DNA of 64,000 nucleotides. It comes from an uncultured virus (IMG/VR IMGVR_UViG_3300002133_000084) (taxonomy: Duplodnaviria > Heunggongvirae > Uroviricota > Caudoviricetes). Numbering within the stretch: position 1 is the first letter of the stretch; each line of letters begins with the position of its first letter. Below are positions 50,155 to 57,637 of the stretch, one piece after another. The notes under the pieces are model-generated. The model was given only the letters and a program-made list of their open reading frames with translations. It did not search any database and had not been told where the DNA came from. The position numbers and the translations under genes were made by a program. The DNA is taken from the IMG/VR virus record IMGVR_UViG_3300002133_000084; one strand, given 5' to 3'.

Positions 50155-51700
50155 AGGCGGCGCGCGCGGTGGTGTCGTAGTCTTTACGCTCTTCCATTAT
50201 CCGCGTGATGATCTCTAGCGTCTCCTTGCAGTTTGTAGTCGATATCAGGTGGTATCCCAGCGAGGGATCCGAATCCTGTGACGACGACGGCCCGCCATTT
50301 TCAACGATGGAGAAGATCAGGTTGTAAGCCTGATCGGGTTTTAAGTTTGACACCAACTTGTCGAACCGATCGACGTGGCTGTTCCTTTGATCCTTTTTGC
50401 GCTTTTCCTTCAGATACTTCGACACCATCATGCCCGTGAAGAACATGCGATCAGGCGTGTTTACCTGCTGAGACAGCTGCTCGGCGGGGAAGCGCTCGGC
50501 ATCGAAGATCTCTTCGGCCTTTAGCGCGCGCGGAGAAGGATCCACGAGGAAGTTAGAGAAGGAGGCTCCTACTATCTCTCCCAATAATCCCATCATTAGT
50601 TCTGATCGGACGTTTTGGGGGCAGGGTTTTCCGTTCTCATCGCGCGAGGTTAGCACCTCAGAAGCCATGGCCCACTTTCGGGGACAAGGCTCTACTTCCG
50701 GCGTGTAGCGCTGCACCTCGCCGTTGAGCAGATTTTGCGGCTGCTCAATGACATACTGCAGCACCGCTGGATCTAAGTTATCGCGGCCATACTCCAGGAA
50801 TCCCTGCAGATCGGCCTCGTACGTCAGATAACACATGCGCCCCTCCAGCGCCTTGTCCTCTTCATTGACATCGTATCGCGCGGTGGGAGGATTGCCGGCG
50901 GCCACAATTTTTACGGTATCGGGTAGCACATGCGTGCCCAGCCGCCGATCGTATATCAATTGGAAGATGGCCTGCGTCGTCTGCCTATCCGCGCGGTTTA
51001 ATTCGTCGAGGAATAGTAGGGTATTACCCCACGAAGAATGAGGCCACCAGCCGGGCTCGGCCCATTTGGTGATATAGCCAACAGATCCATCCAAGTTGAC
51101 GATCTGCTGTTGTTGCGGATACCCGATTAAGTCGCCGGGCTCCATGGTGGCCAGTCGCAAGTCTACATTACCTGGGGAACCTGAGCCTTTATTATTCATT
51201 GTGAACCCCATAAGGCCAGGCACATTGGCGGTGAACGGAGGCATCCGCACCGGCAGGTTGCGACGATCCTTTAGCTCGTTAGCCAACGGACTGAGATGTT
51301 GACTTAGCTTAATGATCTTGTCATCGGATGCCACGTCGGCGCCGGGATTCATGGATCTCTGTATATCCAGGGCCATGCGCTTAGCGTTTCCGCTCATGAT
51401 ATCCTGGGGATCCATGTGTTTTTCAATGGCCTTGATGACGGCTTTGCCCACCTGCTTGTCGGCCTCTGGGTTCGGCACGTCTGTCATGATATCGTCATAG
51501 ATGCGCTGGACGATTTCGGCCTTGTGATGGATATTGAAAATATCCGGCTTGGCCACCGGATTCATCTGGTGGTACCCGGCGGCGATCTGCGCAACAATAT
51601 GCGACTTGCCGATGCCTTGTTCGCCCAGGATGAAAGGCACCAATCCCTTTAGGTATTTTACATCCCACTCTAGTACTTCTTTCAGAAGTTTCGCCTGCAA
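50153..51700 (-). CDS. MoxR-like AAA+ ATPase
   Basis: Walker A GEQGIGKS, Walker B LFLDELNRA, VAAGNP, ALEGRM, PCPRKW. Confidence 0.9.
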   Translation of the reverse strand: MQAKLLKEVLEWDVKYLKGLVPFILGEQGIGKSHIVAQIAAGYHQMNPVAKPDIFNIHHKAEIVQRIYDDIMTDVPNPEADKQVGKAVIKAIEKHMDPQDIMSGNAKRMALDIQRSMNPGADVASDDKIIKLSQHLSPLANELKDRRNLPVRMPPFTANVPGLMGFTMNNKGSGSPGNVDLRLATMEPGDLIGYPQQQQIVNLDGSVGYITKWAEPGWWPHSSWGNTLLFLDELNRADRQTTQAIFQLIYDRRLGTHVLPDTVKIVAAGNPPTARYDVNEEDKALEGRMCYLTYEADLQGFLEYGRDNLDPAVLQYVIEQPQNLLNGEVQRYTPEVEPCPRKWAMASEVLTSRDENGKPCPQNVRSELMMGLLGEIVGASFSNFLVDPSPRALKAEEIFDAERFPAEQLSQQVNTPDRMFFTGMMVSKYLKEKRKKDQRNSHVDRFDKLVSNLKPDQAYNLIFSIVENGGPSSSQDSDPSLGYHLISTTNCKETLEIITRIMEERKDYDTTARAA

Positions 51701-51729
51701 TTTTTTCTCCTTTATGGGGTATTTAATTT

Positions 51730-51924
51730 TCGATTATGAGGACATGTTAAAAGCCGTCCGCACCGGAACGGCTTCCGTGTGAGCTCTCGATGAAATAGTC
51801 AGATATGACGACTTCATCGAGATCACTCACATAGGCCTTTCATGATTTTTACTATCTATTATTGTGTCACTATTCGGCTTCGTTGGAGTTGCGCCAGCGT
51901 GTTATATCATGTGCTCATAATCGA
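51730..51924 (-). ncRNA. Retron-like cassette 15 (A-branch type)
   Basis: Long IR TCGATTATGAG+ACATG; A.A; degenerate hairpin with GCAAC loop. Confidence 0.65.
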
Positions 51925-51994
51925 CACTATATGTCGTACAAGAGTAAAAAAGTCAATACAAGTTTCCATTTTTTTTAAAAAAGGAAACTAAAAA

Positions 51995-52129
51995 GAACAT
52001 CCAATTTCTAGATTGAGATCATGTCTGGATGGCGCAAACACCTCGGATGGTGGTACGCTACCCTTCGACTCAACCTTTCCACACTGCTCGTGACTGGCGA
52101 TGCGCCAGTTGCTTTATAATTGGATGTTC
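51995..52129 (-). ncRNA. Retron-like cassette 16 (A-branch type)
   Basis: 12-bp IR GAACATCCAATT; A.A; ACTGGC-GCATC-GCCAGT. Confidence 0.8.
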
Positions 52130-52131
52130 AT

Positions 52132-52647
52132 CTATGCCGCATTAGGTACGTCGCGTATAAACTCGAACATCTCCCTGATCCCGGATCCCACTTCGACTCC
52201 ATTGTCCTTGATGACTGCAACGGTGTCTTCTTGCCCCACCTCGCGGTGGTGCCATATTTTTAGTACTCCGTAGTCCGAGTTGGGAGGAGCAATAGTGATG
52301 GAGCCTCCCAGCCCGATCCCATCGTTGATCTGGAATTTTTCATCCAATACAACGGGCTCCTTCGTCGGCACATATATATCCATGAATTTGCCCGACGGAA
52401 CGGGGAGCGTGCACTCTATCAGCCGATAGTCTGGGCGATAGTCTTTTATCATTTTGATCGATGTCCCATAGTCGAGGGATGCCGCCACCCATGATGTTTC
52501 TATGGGGAACTGTCCAGATAGCGCGATCTGGCGAGCTATTGAAAATGCCTTGCGCGCCCTAGCTGGAGCCCCGTTAAAGATTGCGCTTGCCCACACGTCA
52601 AATAGACGCTGGCAGGATTCTTCCGTTATAGTTTCTTCTTCTTTCAT
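52132..52647 (-). CDS. Hypothetical protein embedded in cassette array
   Basis: Start at MKEEETI with AAGGAG RBS; the upstream ORF extension overlaps cassette 17. Confidence 0.7.
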   Translation of the reverse strand: MKEEETITEESCQRLFDVWASAIFNGAPARARKAFSIARQIALSGQFPIETSWVAASLDYGTSIKMIKDYRPDYRLIECTLPVPSGKFMDIYVPTKEPVVLDEKFQINDGIGLGGSITIAPPNSDYGVLKIWHHREVGQEDTVAVIKDNGVEVGSGIREMFEFIRDVPNAA

Positions 52648-52725
52648 CTTTTTCTCCTTTAGGTTTTTTTTTACTCGGCAGGTAGACGGGTAGGGATCCA
52701 TCCACCTGCCGGGCAGTACTACGTT

Positions 52726-52896
52726 GGGCATTTTATTGGAGAGGAAGATGCCGTTTGTGTTGGTGTCTTCCATGATCCTATGAGAATTCTGTACCCGTCG
52801 GCGAACGGCAGTTGTGTTCGCCGACGGGTGTAGTATTCGCCTATGGCCCGCACCATAGTATTTCTACGCCCTCGATGCGAGGGCATCTATATGCCC
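52726..52896 (-). ncRNA. Retron-like cassette 17 (A-branch type)
   Basis: IR GGGCAT; A.A; GCCCTC-GCATC-GAGGGC. Confidence 0.7.
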
Positions 52897-53051
52897 GTAG
52901 GTATTCTAAGGCGCAGTTATTCACTGCTGCGCTTTCTCCGTCTTGCACAATTGGGCCAGTGCAGGCATCTCAGTATGATGCCTGCAAGGAGATCGCAGCC
53001 TCCTCAGATTGGGCGGCAGCTTCGTTGCGAAGCTCAAAAAACAATACCTAC
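52897..53051 (-). ncRNA. Retron-like cassette 18
   Basis: IR GTAGGTATT; G.G; AGCTTC-GCAAC-GAAGCT. Confidence 0.8.
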
Positions 53052-53056
53052 AATTT

Positions 53057-53283
53057 CTGGCGTTCTGTTCCCTCGAGATTGCTTTCGCGGGCGCCCTCCG
53101 GGGGAAAGGTTTACCTCCTAAGTTCGGGATCGATCGAGTAGGGGGGGGCCCACTCTATCGAGCGCGAGCTTAGGGGTAAGGCTTTCCTCCGGAGGGCGCC
53201 CGCGAAAGAGGCGACGTCATCCGTTGGAAAGCTTTGTTATTCATGTGCCGCCGATACCAGCGGCCTATACTGAACAACGCCAG
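53057..53283 (-). ncRNA. Retron-like cassette 19
   Basis: IR CTGGCGTT; G.G; bulged hairpin with GTATC loop; about 127-nt msd hairpin 53082-53208. Confidence 0.72.
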
Positions 53284-53495
53284 TGGTGGCCTGCGTCGTG
53301 GCCTGTCCTCGCGTACTTATAGATGTTTCATGTTAGTATCCCAGCTATTCGGTGGCTACCGAACAGCCGTCAGTGATGGCGCCAACCAACACCTTGGCAG
53401 ATCAGTCTGTCCCTCTATGCGCCTAGGTTCGCTAAGATGGGAGGATAGATTCTGCAGGCTCGTAACACTTTTCATCCTCGCAGGGACGGTACTAC

Positions 53496-53652
53496 AGAGA
53501 GTTTGTCTAAGCCCAGCGGTGGCGGCCTGGTAGTATAAGGCCGCCGGGCTGGGCTACTTCCCCATGCCGGCAGTTTACGGCCGGCAAAGACGGGAGTGCT
53601 GTGCCATGGTGCTGCACATTGAAAGCGGTACGCCTCCGCAAATCAACTCTCT
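53496..53652 (-). ncRNA. Retron-like cassette 20 (variant)
   Basis: IR AGAGAGTT; G opposite A; GGAGGC-GTACC-GCTTTC (two G-U on minus). Confidence 0.6.
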
Positions 53653-53655
53653 TTC

Positions 53656-53819
53656 GGGATGTTTTTTGAAATAAGGAGATGTAAACTGGGAAACCCGGTT
53701 AGCATCTCCTTGTCTCATATCGGATGCATGCTAAACGAGTCTGTTTTCGGTTAGCATGCATCCAGAATATCGCCAAATGCATACGGCTACACCTTCGTTT
53801 CGAAGGTAATCATCATCCC
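53656..53819 (-). ncRNA. Retron-like cassette 21 (A-branch type)
   Basis: IR GGGATG; A.A; ACCTTC-GAAAC-GAAGGT. Confidence 0.75.
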
Positions 53820-54430
53820 TAATTAAACTGATCTCTCAGTGTCTCTGCCTTCCTTTCTTTTTCTATATGTTTACGAGCCTTACCACGCAGCCACACCTCT
53901 GTAAAGGATACGCGCATGCGTGACAGTTCAGCCTCGTTGAACATGATCGCCGGCATTCCGTCCACGCTATCTCTGGCGTTTAACACCATCCAGCAGTCGT
54001 CGCTGCTTTTAGTGTCGCGCAGACACATAAATACGGCGCGCATCTTGGCTCCCTCAGTGAAAAACCATTCGTCCGAACCTCGCAGCTGAGAGGAGACATC
54101 CATCGTCAATACGCCCATATCCTTGCTCACTGCGGTTCCAAGCTCTTTCTTCTTGGCGGCCCATCGATCAAATTTATTGAATAGATCATCCCACCCCTTA
54201 TAGGGGTTGTCGCCACTGGTAATGCGAATAGCGTGGAGTGCGCCCTTATATTTATATCGCATCCAAGCGCTGGTTATTACACCAGATTCCTTGTAGCCGA
54301 TAATCATATCCAGTGGCGCCGTCCAAAGTTCTCCCTCGTCAAAAATGCCCCCATCTTTCACTCCATTCACATCGACAATCACTTCGCCTGCCATGAGCTG
54401 GCCCGCACTTAGGGTGATCACTAAAAACAT
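53819..54430 (-). CDS. Hypothetical protein, possible signal peptide, embedded in cassette array
   Basis: 203 aa ORF with hydrophobic N-terminus; start uncertain. Confidence 0.65.
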   Translation of the reverse strand: MFLVITLSAGQLMAGEVIVDVNGVKDGGIFDEGELWTAPLDMIIGYKESGVITSAWMRYKYKGALHAIRITSGDNPYKGWDDLFNKFDRWAAKKKELGTAVSKDMGVLTMDVSSQLRGSDEWFFTEGAKMRAVFMCLRDTKSSDDCWMVLNARDSVDGMPAIMFNEAELSRMRVSFTEVWLRGKARKHIEKERKAETLRDQFN

Positions 54431-54473
54431 CCATATTTTTTTAATTTTATATCTCCAGGTTTTTTGAGGCGGC

Positions 54474-54672
54474 GGCTTCTGTGATAACTGTCTAGATGTC
54501 CAGTGACGATGTTGTCACTGGCATATCGACGGGTTATCTCTTATGTGTTAGCCGTTGCGTACATGGGGTTCGTGGTAAGGGTGGTTTCTTGCCACGACTC
54601 CATGATACGCCGGCTTAACGTATCTGATATGCAAAGTGCACATCCCCGACATTCCGCCGGGACTTACAAGCC
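54474..54672 (-). ncRNA. Retron-like cassette 22
   Basis: IR GGCTT; G.G; CCCGGC-GGAAT-GTCGGG; two long msd hairpins. Confidence 0.65.
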
Positions 54673-54678
54673 TTTTTT

Positions 54679-54904
54679 TGCGCTCTAGTTCGTTAGGCAA
54701 ATTCCGTGTGAGACGAAGTCTCATGGGGAACTTGTCGTGCGATCCCGTGCTGGTTGCGTTTTTGGCGACTAACACGGGAAACTTTATCCTCCACAGGAGG
54801 GCCTAGTAGAGGCTATGCCTCGTTTAGGCCTCTGTATGGAGGATTGGATGCGAGGCATCCATTCGTCCATCGCGGAAATACTCCGCAATATATTTTACAG
54901 CGCA
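54679..54904 (-). ncRNA. Retron-like cassette 23
   Basis: IR TGCGCT; G.G; GCGGA-GTATT-TCCGC. Confidence 0.7.
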
Positions 54905-54905
54905 T

Positions 54906-55137
54906 GATGTGTTCTAAGATAGATGAGATGGGGTGAAGACGTTCGCCGGTGTATAACGTAGATTGATGTAATCGATCTGTGTTTTACACCTGCGATCGTA
55001 AACCTCCACCTCATCTTCTTCTATGCCTATTGCGCAAGCTTCGTAACGTGCTTCTTTGTTTCGAAGCTTGCGCAACGGGCGGTGTTCGGTGGAGCACTGG
55101 CTCCTTGGCGTCATTTCAACGCCAGCCACAACACATC
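54906..55137 (-). ncRNA. Retron-like cassette 24
   Basis: IR GATGTGTT; G.G; TGGCGTT-GAAAT-GACGCCA. Confidence 0.75.
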
Positions 55138-55141
55138 TATA

Positions 55142-55286
55142 CCCACTCTACATCAAAAGTGATCTTCGAGGATACTCCGTCTTTAAAGCGCTAGCGGGAA
55201 AGCCGGAGTATCTTATTAGATCGATCGATCGATCGTGCCTAGCCAATACATGCACCAGGGAGCCCATTCAGCTCCTCTACAGTGGG
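55142..55286 (-). ncRNA. Retron-like cassette 25
   Basis: IR CCCACT; G.G; GGAGCT-GAATG-GGCTCC; (GATC)4 tract. Confidence 0.72.
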
Positions 55287-55437
55287 CCTTCCTAAGGGAC
55301 GCTGCACACCTGCAGCGGTTAAACCCTCTACGCTCAGAATGGATCAGGTTAGATTTATCGATCTGATCCATGCTGGAGGTAGTACTACTACTTAACTCCG
55401 TCCAAGCGATGCGCTTGGCACTTTTAAACGAAGGCCC
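55284..55437 (-). ncRNA. Retron-like cassette 26
   Basis: IR GGGCCTTC; G.G; CCAAGC-GCATC-GCTTGG. Confidence 0.8.
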
Positions 55438-55440
55438 TAC

Positions 55441-55637
55441 TATCGCATTCTTCCGGCAGTTATGTGTGTATTGGCCGGGTTATATCACCTCGTTTTCCTG
55501 CAGCTGCAGTACTTTTAGTGCAGGTTGAGGCGGTTGCTTTTCTCAGGCAAGCTCAAAGTACTGGAGCTGCAGGAAAACAGACACCTGCAGCAACAGCGTA
55601 CCTGTGTCGTCGTTTCGACGGCGTGTACAATGCGATA
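55441..55637 (-). ncRNA. Retron-like cassette 27
   Basis: IR TATCGCATT; G.G; CGTC-GAAAC-GACG. Confidence 0.8.
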
Positions 55638-55644
55638 TACTTCC

Positions 55645-55872
55645 TTTGCGTGTCCTGAATCCTTGCAACGGCAGTAGCCGTCAAAGGAATCGTCGATCCC
55701 AGGGCCCGGGGTACCTCGGCCGGGTGAGAATGTCCTGGAATCTCGTGGCTCAGTTTTGCGAGTGACAGGCCTCGGAACCCGGCCGAGGTACCCGGGCCCT
55801 GGGATGAGTATGTTGCACGCAAATCCATTTATCGATGAGCGCGATACGCGCCCGAAAATAACGACACGCAAA
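55645..55872 (-). ncRNA. Retron-like cassette 28
   Basis: IR TTTGCGTGTC; G.G; GGGCGC-GTATC-GCGCTC. Confidence 0.8.
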
Positions 55873-55878
55873 TACTAC

Positions 55879-56112
55879 AATTGAGTTCTCGTAGCTAACG
55901 GGTGATCCCGGATCCACAGGCGTGTTTCCTGGTGGGATCTTGAGGATCCAGTTAAGCGACGTGAGCTGGGGCGCGGCAGAGCGAGCCCGAGCTTAAATGG
56001 TGACGACAGATCCCCCAAGAAACAGTCCAGTGGATCCGGGGGGATCCCGGGAGATTTCTCCGCCAACACCATCTCTGTGGATGCGATTCACATCCTAGAC
56101 TACAACTCAATT
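55879..56112 (-). ncRNA. Retron-like cassette 29
   Basis: IR AATTGAGTT; G.G; GGATGT-GAATC-GCATCC. Confidence 0.8.
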
Positions 56113-56124
56113 TTCCTACAGTTT

Positions 56125-56364
56125 TTTTTGAGTTCTCTTCCTGCTTGAGTGCACGACATCCGGGGATCGCAGGGACGATTTCATCACTTCGTCTGTAACG
56201 TCCTAATGCGACGGCGGGGTGGGGGACGGCATAGCGAGCAGAGCCTTAGTACTTACAGGAGGAGTGGTGATTTCGTCCCAGCGATCCGTGGTGGCGTGCG
56301 GGAAGATCCATCAAGTCACTTCGCCCCTGAGACGGCGTTTCGCCGTCGGGTTACAACTCAAAAA
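56125..56364 (-). ncRNA. Retron-like cassette 30
   Basis: IR TTTTTGAGTT; G.G; GACGGC-GAAAC-GCCGTC. Confidence 0.8.
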
Positions 56365-56374
56365 CTTTTTTTTT

Positions 56375-56527
56375 AATAACTCCTGCGGGACTATTCTTCA
56401 TCCGGAGCTTTAGCGCGGCGGAAGGATAGTCTCCTCAGCGGATCGGGACGGCCTGCCTTGCGGGCAAGCCACCCTGAGCCCTTGTACTTATCATCGCGCC
56501 GATGCGGCGCAAAAACTACGAGCTATT
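56375..56527 (-). ncRNA. Retron-like cassette 31
   Basis: IR AATAGCTC/GAGTTATT (G-U on minus); G.G; GCGCC-GCATC-GGCGC. Confidence 0.78.
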
Positions 56528-56531
56528 GGGC

Positions 56532-56690
56532 GGGGCAGCACTCCACCCCCTTTTATATAAAGAGATCGTGAAGTCTAGTGGGCTATCTCCCCAGTTAACC
56601 TAATAGACTTCAATGGCTTCGACGTTCACATATCCCTCTCCTAATGTGGGTATGTGGCAGTTTACGCCATTTGATCCGGAGTGCCGCCCC
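56532..56690 (-). ncRNA. Retron-like cassette 32 (variant)
   Basis: 13-bp IR GGGGCGGCACTCC (G-U on minus); G opposite U; TGGC-GTAAACT-GCCA. Confidence 0.5.
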
Positions 56691-56706
56691 CACCCTTATT
56701 TTTTTT

Positions 56707-56822
56707 TGGCCTTCTAGAAGAGGGAGGAGTGACAATAGGACATTGTCGCAATCCTGGCAGGAAGCCCCTCTTGATCATACTTCCTCGGCGTCGATACGAC
56801 GCTTAAAATTAATACAAGGCCA
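56707..56822 (-). ncRNA. Retron-like cassette 33
   Basis: IR TGGCCTT; G.G; GCGTC-GTATC-GACGC. Confidence 0.78.
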
Positions 56823-57004
56823 TTACTTACTGGGAGGACGATAACCTGTCGGCCCCACCCCTGAAACCTGCATACCTCGCTCGGCAAAGGAGAGCCGAAT
56901 ATCGCAAGGTAGTGCACTCCCAGAATAAATTCGGATATATGTACCCCACCGTGTAGTACATGTCAAATGGTAGGGGCTAAAGAAGAAACATAACATAACG
57001 AGCA

Positions 57005-57045
57005 GCCCCCGTTCCTTTTGTCATATAGACATTAGGAACGGGGGC
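57005..57045. terminator. Strong hairpin after 57065 gene (terminator or processing site)
   Basis: GCCCCCGTTCCT...AGGAACGGGGGC; no clear U-tract on minus. Confidence 0.4.
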
Positions 57046-57064
57046 CGAAAGTCAGGCTTGCCGT

Positions 57065-57637
57065 TTACTTCTTACTTCTCTCCCGCGCGATTGCCTCGTC
57101 AGCAGCCTTTTGCGCTTGGGGGTTTGGAGGATTCTCCGGATCGAAATCCGGAAGCAAGTCCTTCACTTTATCGTGAACTTCTATATGGGCGACTTTGCCC
57201 TTTTTGCTCTTCTTGCTCTTATTCCCTTTCTGCTGCTTCAGAAAGGGTTCGTACTCGTCGACTGCGATTCCGCAGCCTCTAGCAGACTCCATAAGCTCCT
57301 CGTATTCCTCGAGGAGCTTCTCGATCTTCCGCTTTTTCGGGCGAGCTTCTAACTTCTCGCCTTCGATCTGCGCCTGGATATTATCCAGGCGTCCCCAATA
57401 CTGCTTTGTCACTGTCGTACTCGTACCCGCCATAACTTCGGCGGCCATACGTGTGCGACGAACTTCGCCCTCTAGCTTAGAGAGCCGCGGAAGAACCCTG
57501 TCACAGATGACATCAGCCTGATCGTCCAAGGCCTTTTTCTTGGCCTCTTTCCCGGCCTCAGTGTGGTTCTTGGCGTAGTATTCTACGCTATCATACAATA
57601 CTGATCCAACCAATGTACCAATTATAACAGGAATCAT
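57065..57637 (-). CDS. Hypothetical protein with N-terminal hydrophobic anchor and coiled coil
   Basis: Start at MIPVIIG with AAGGAG RBS. Confidence 0.7.
   Translation of the reverse strand: MIPVIIGTLVGSVLYDSVEYYAKNHTEAGKEAKKKALDDQADVICDRVLPRLSKLEGEVRRTRMAAEVMAGTSTTVTKQYWGRLDNIQAQIEGEKLEARPKKRKIEKLLEEYEELMESARGCGIAVDEYEPFLKQQKGNKSKKSKKGKVAHIEVHDKVKDLLPDFDPENPPNPQAQKAADEAIARERSKK

Noticed and set aside
51926..51956. Minus-strand sigma-70 promoter TTGACT..TATAGT upstream of cassette 15 and MoxR
   Set aside because: The spacer is 19 nt and the -10 lies almost on the cassette start; too uncertain to list as a feature
6795..52647. Many proteins ending in Ala-Ala (possible ClpX degrons, including the RT)
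   Set aside because: Often coincides with GAGGCGGCA-type RBS/stop-start coupling of the next gene, common in phages; not distinguishable from sequence alone
52648..52773. N-terminal extensions given by the ORF track (also 48621-48692, 57638-57901, 10154-10339)
   Set aside because: Better RBS-supported internal starts exist, and the extensions overlap structured elements or other genes
55645..55872. Cloning-vector polylinker contamination
   Set aside because: The sites lie in both arms of an imperfect natural hairpin within a unit that obeys the cassette layout; no vector sequence nearby
46782..56822. MITE/REP-type mobile repeats
   Set aside because: Each unit has a different IR and interior, with no target-site duplications and no transposase seen
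54503..56917. Many short ORFs on both strands
   Set aside because: No coding hallmarks; the sequence is explained by tandem cassettes
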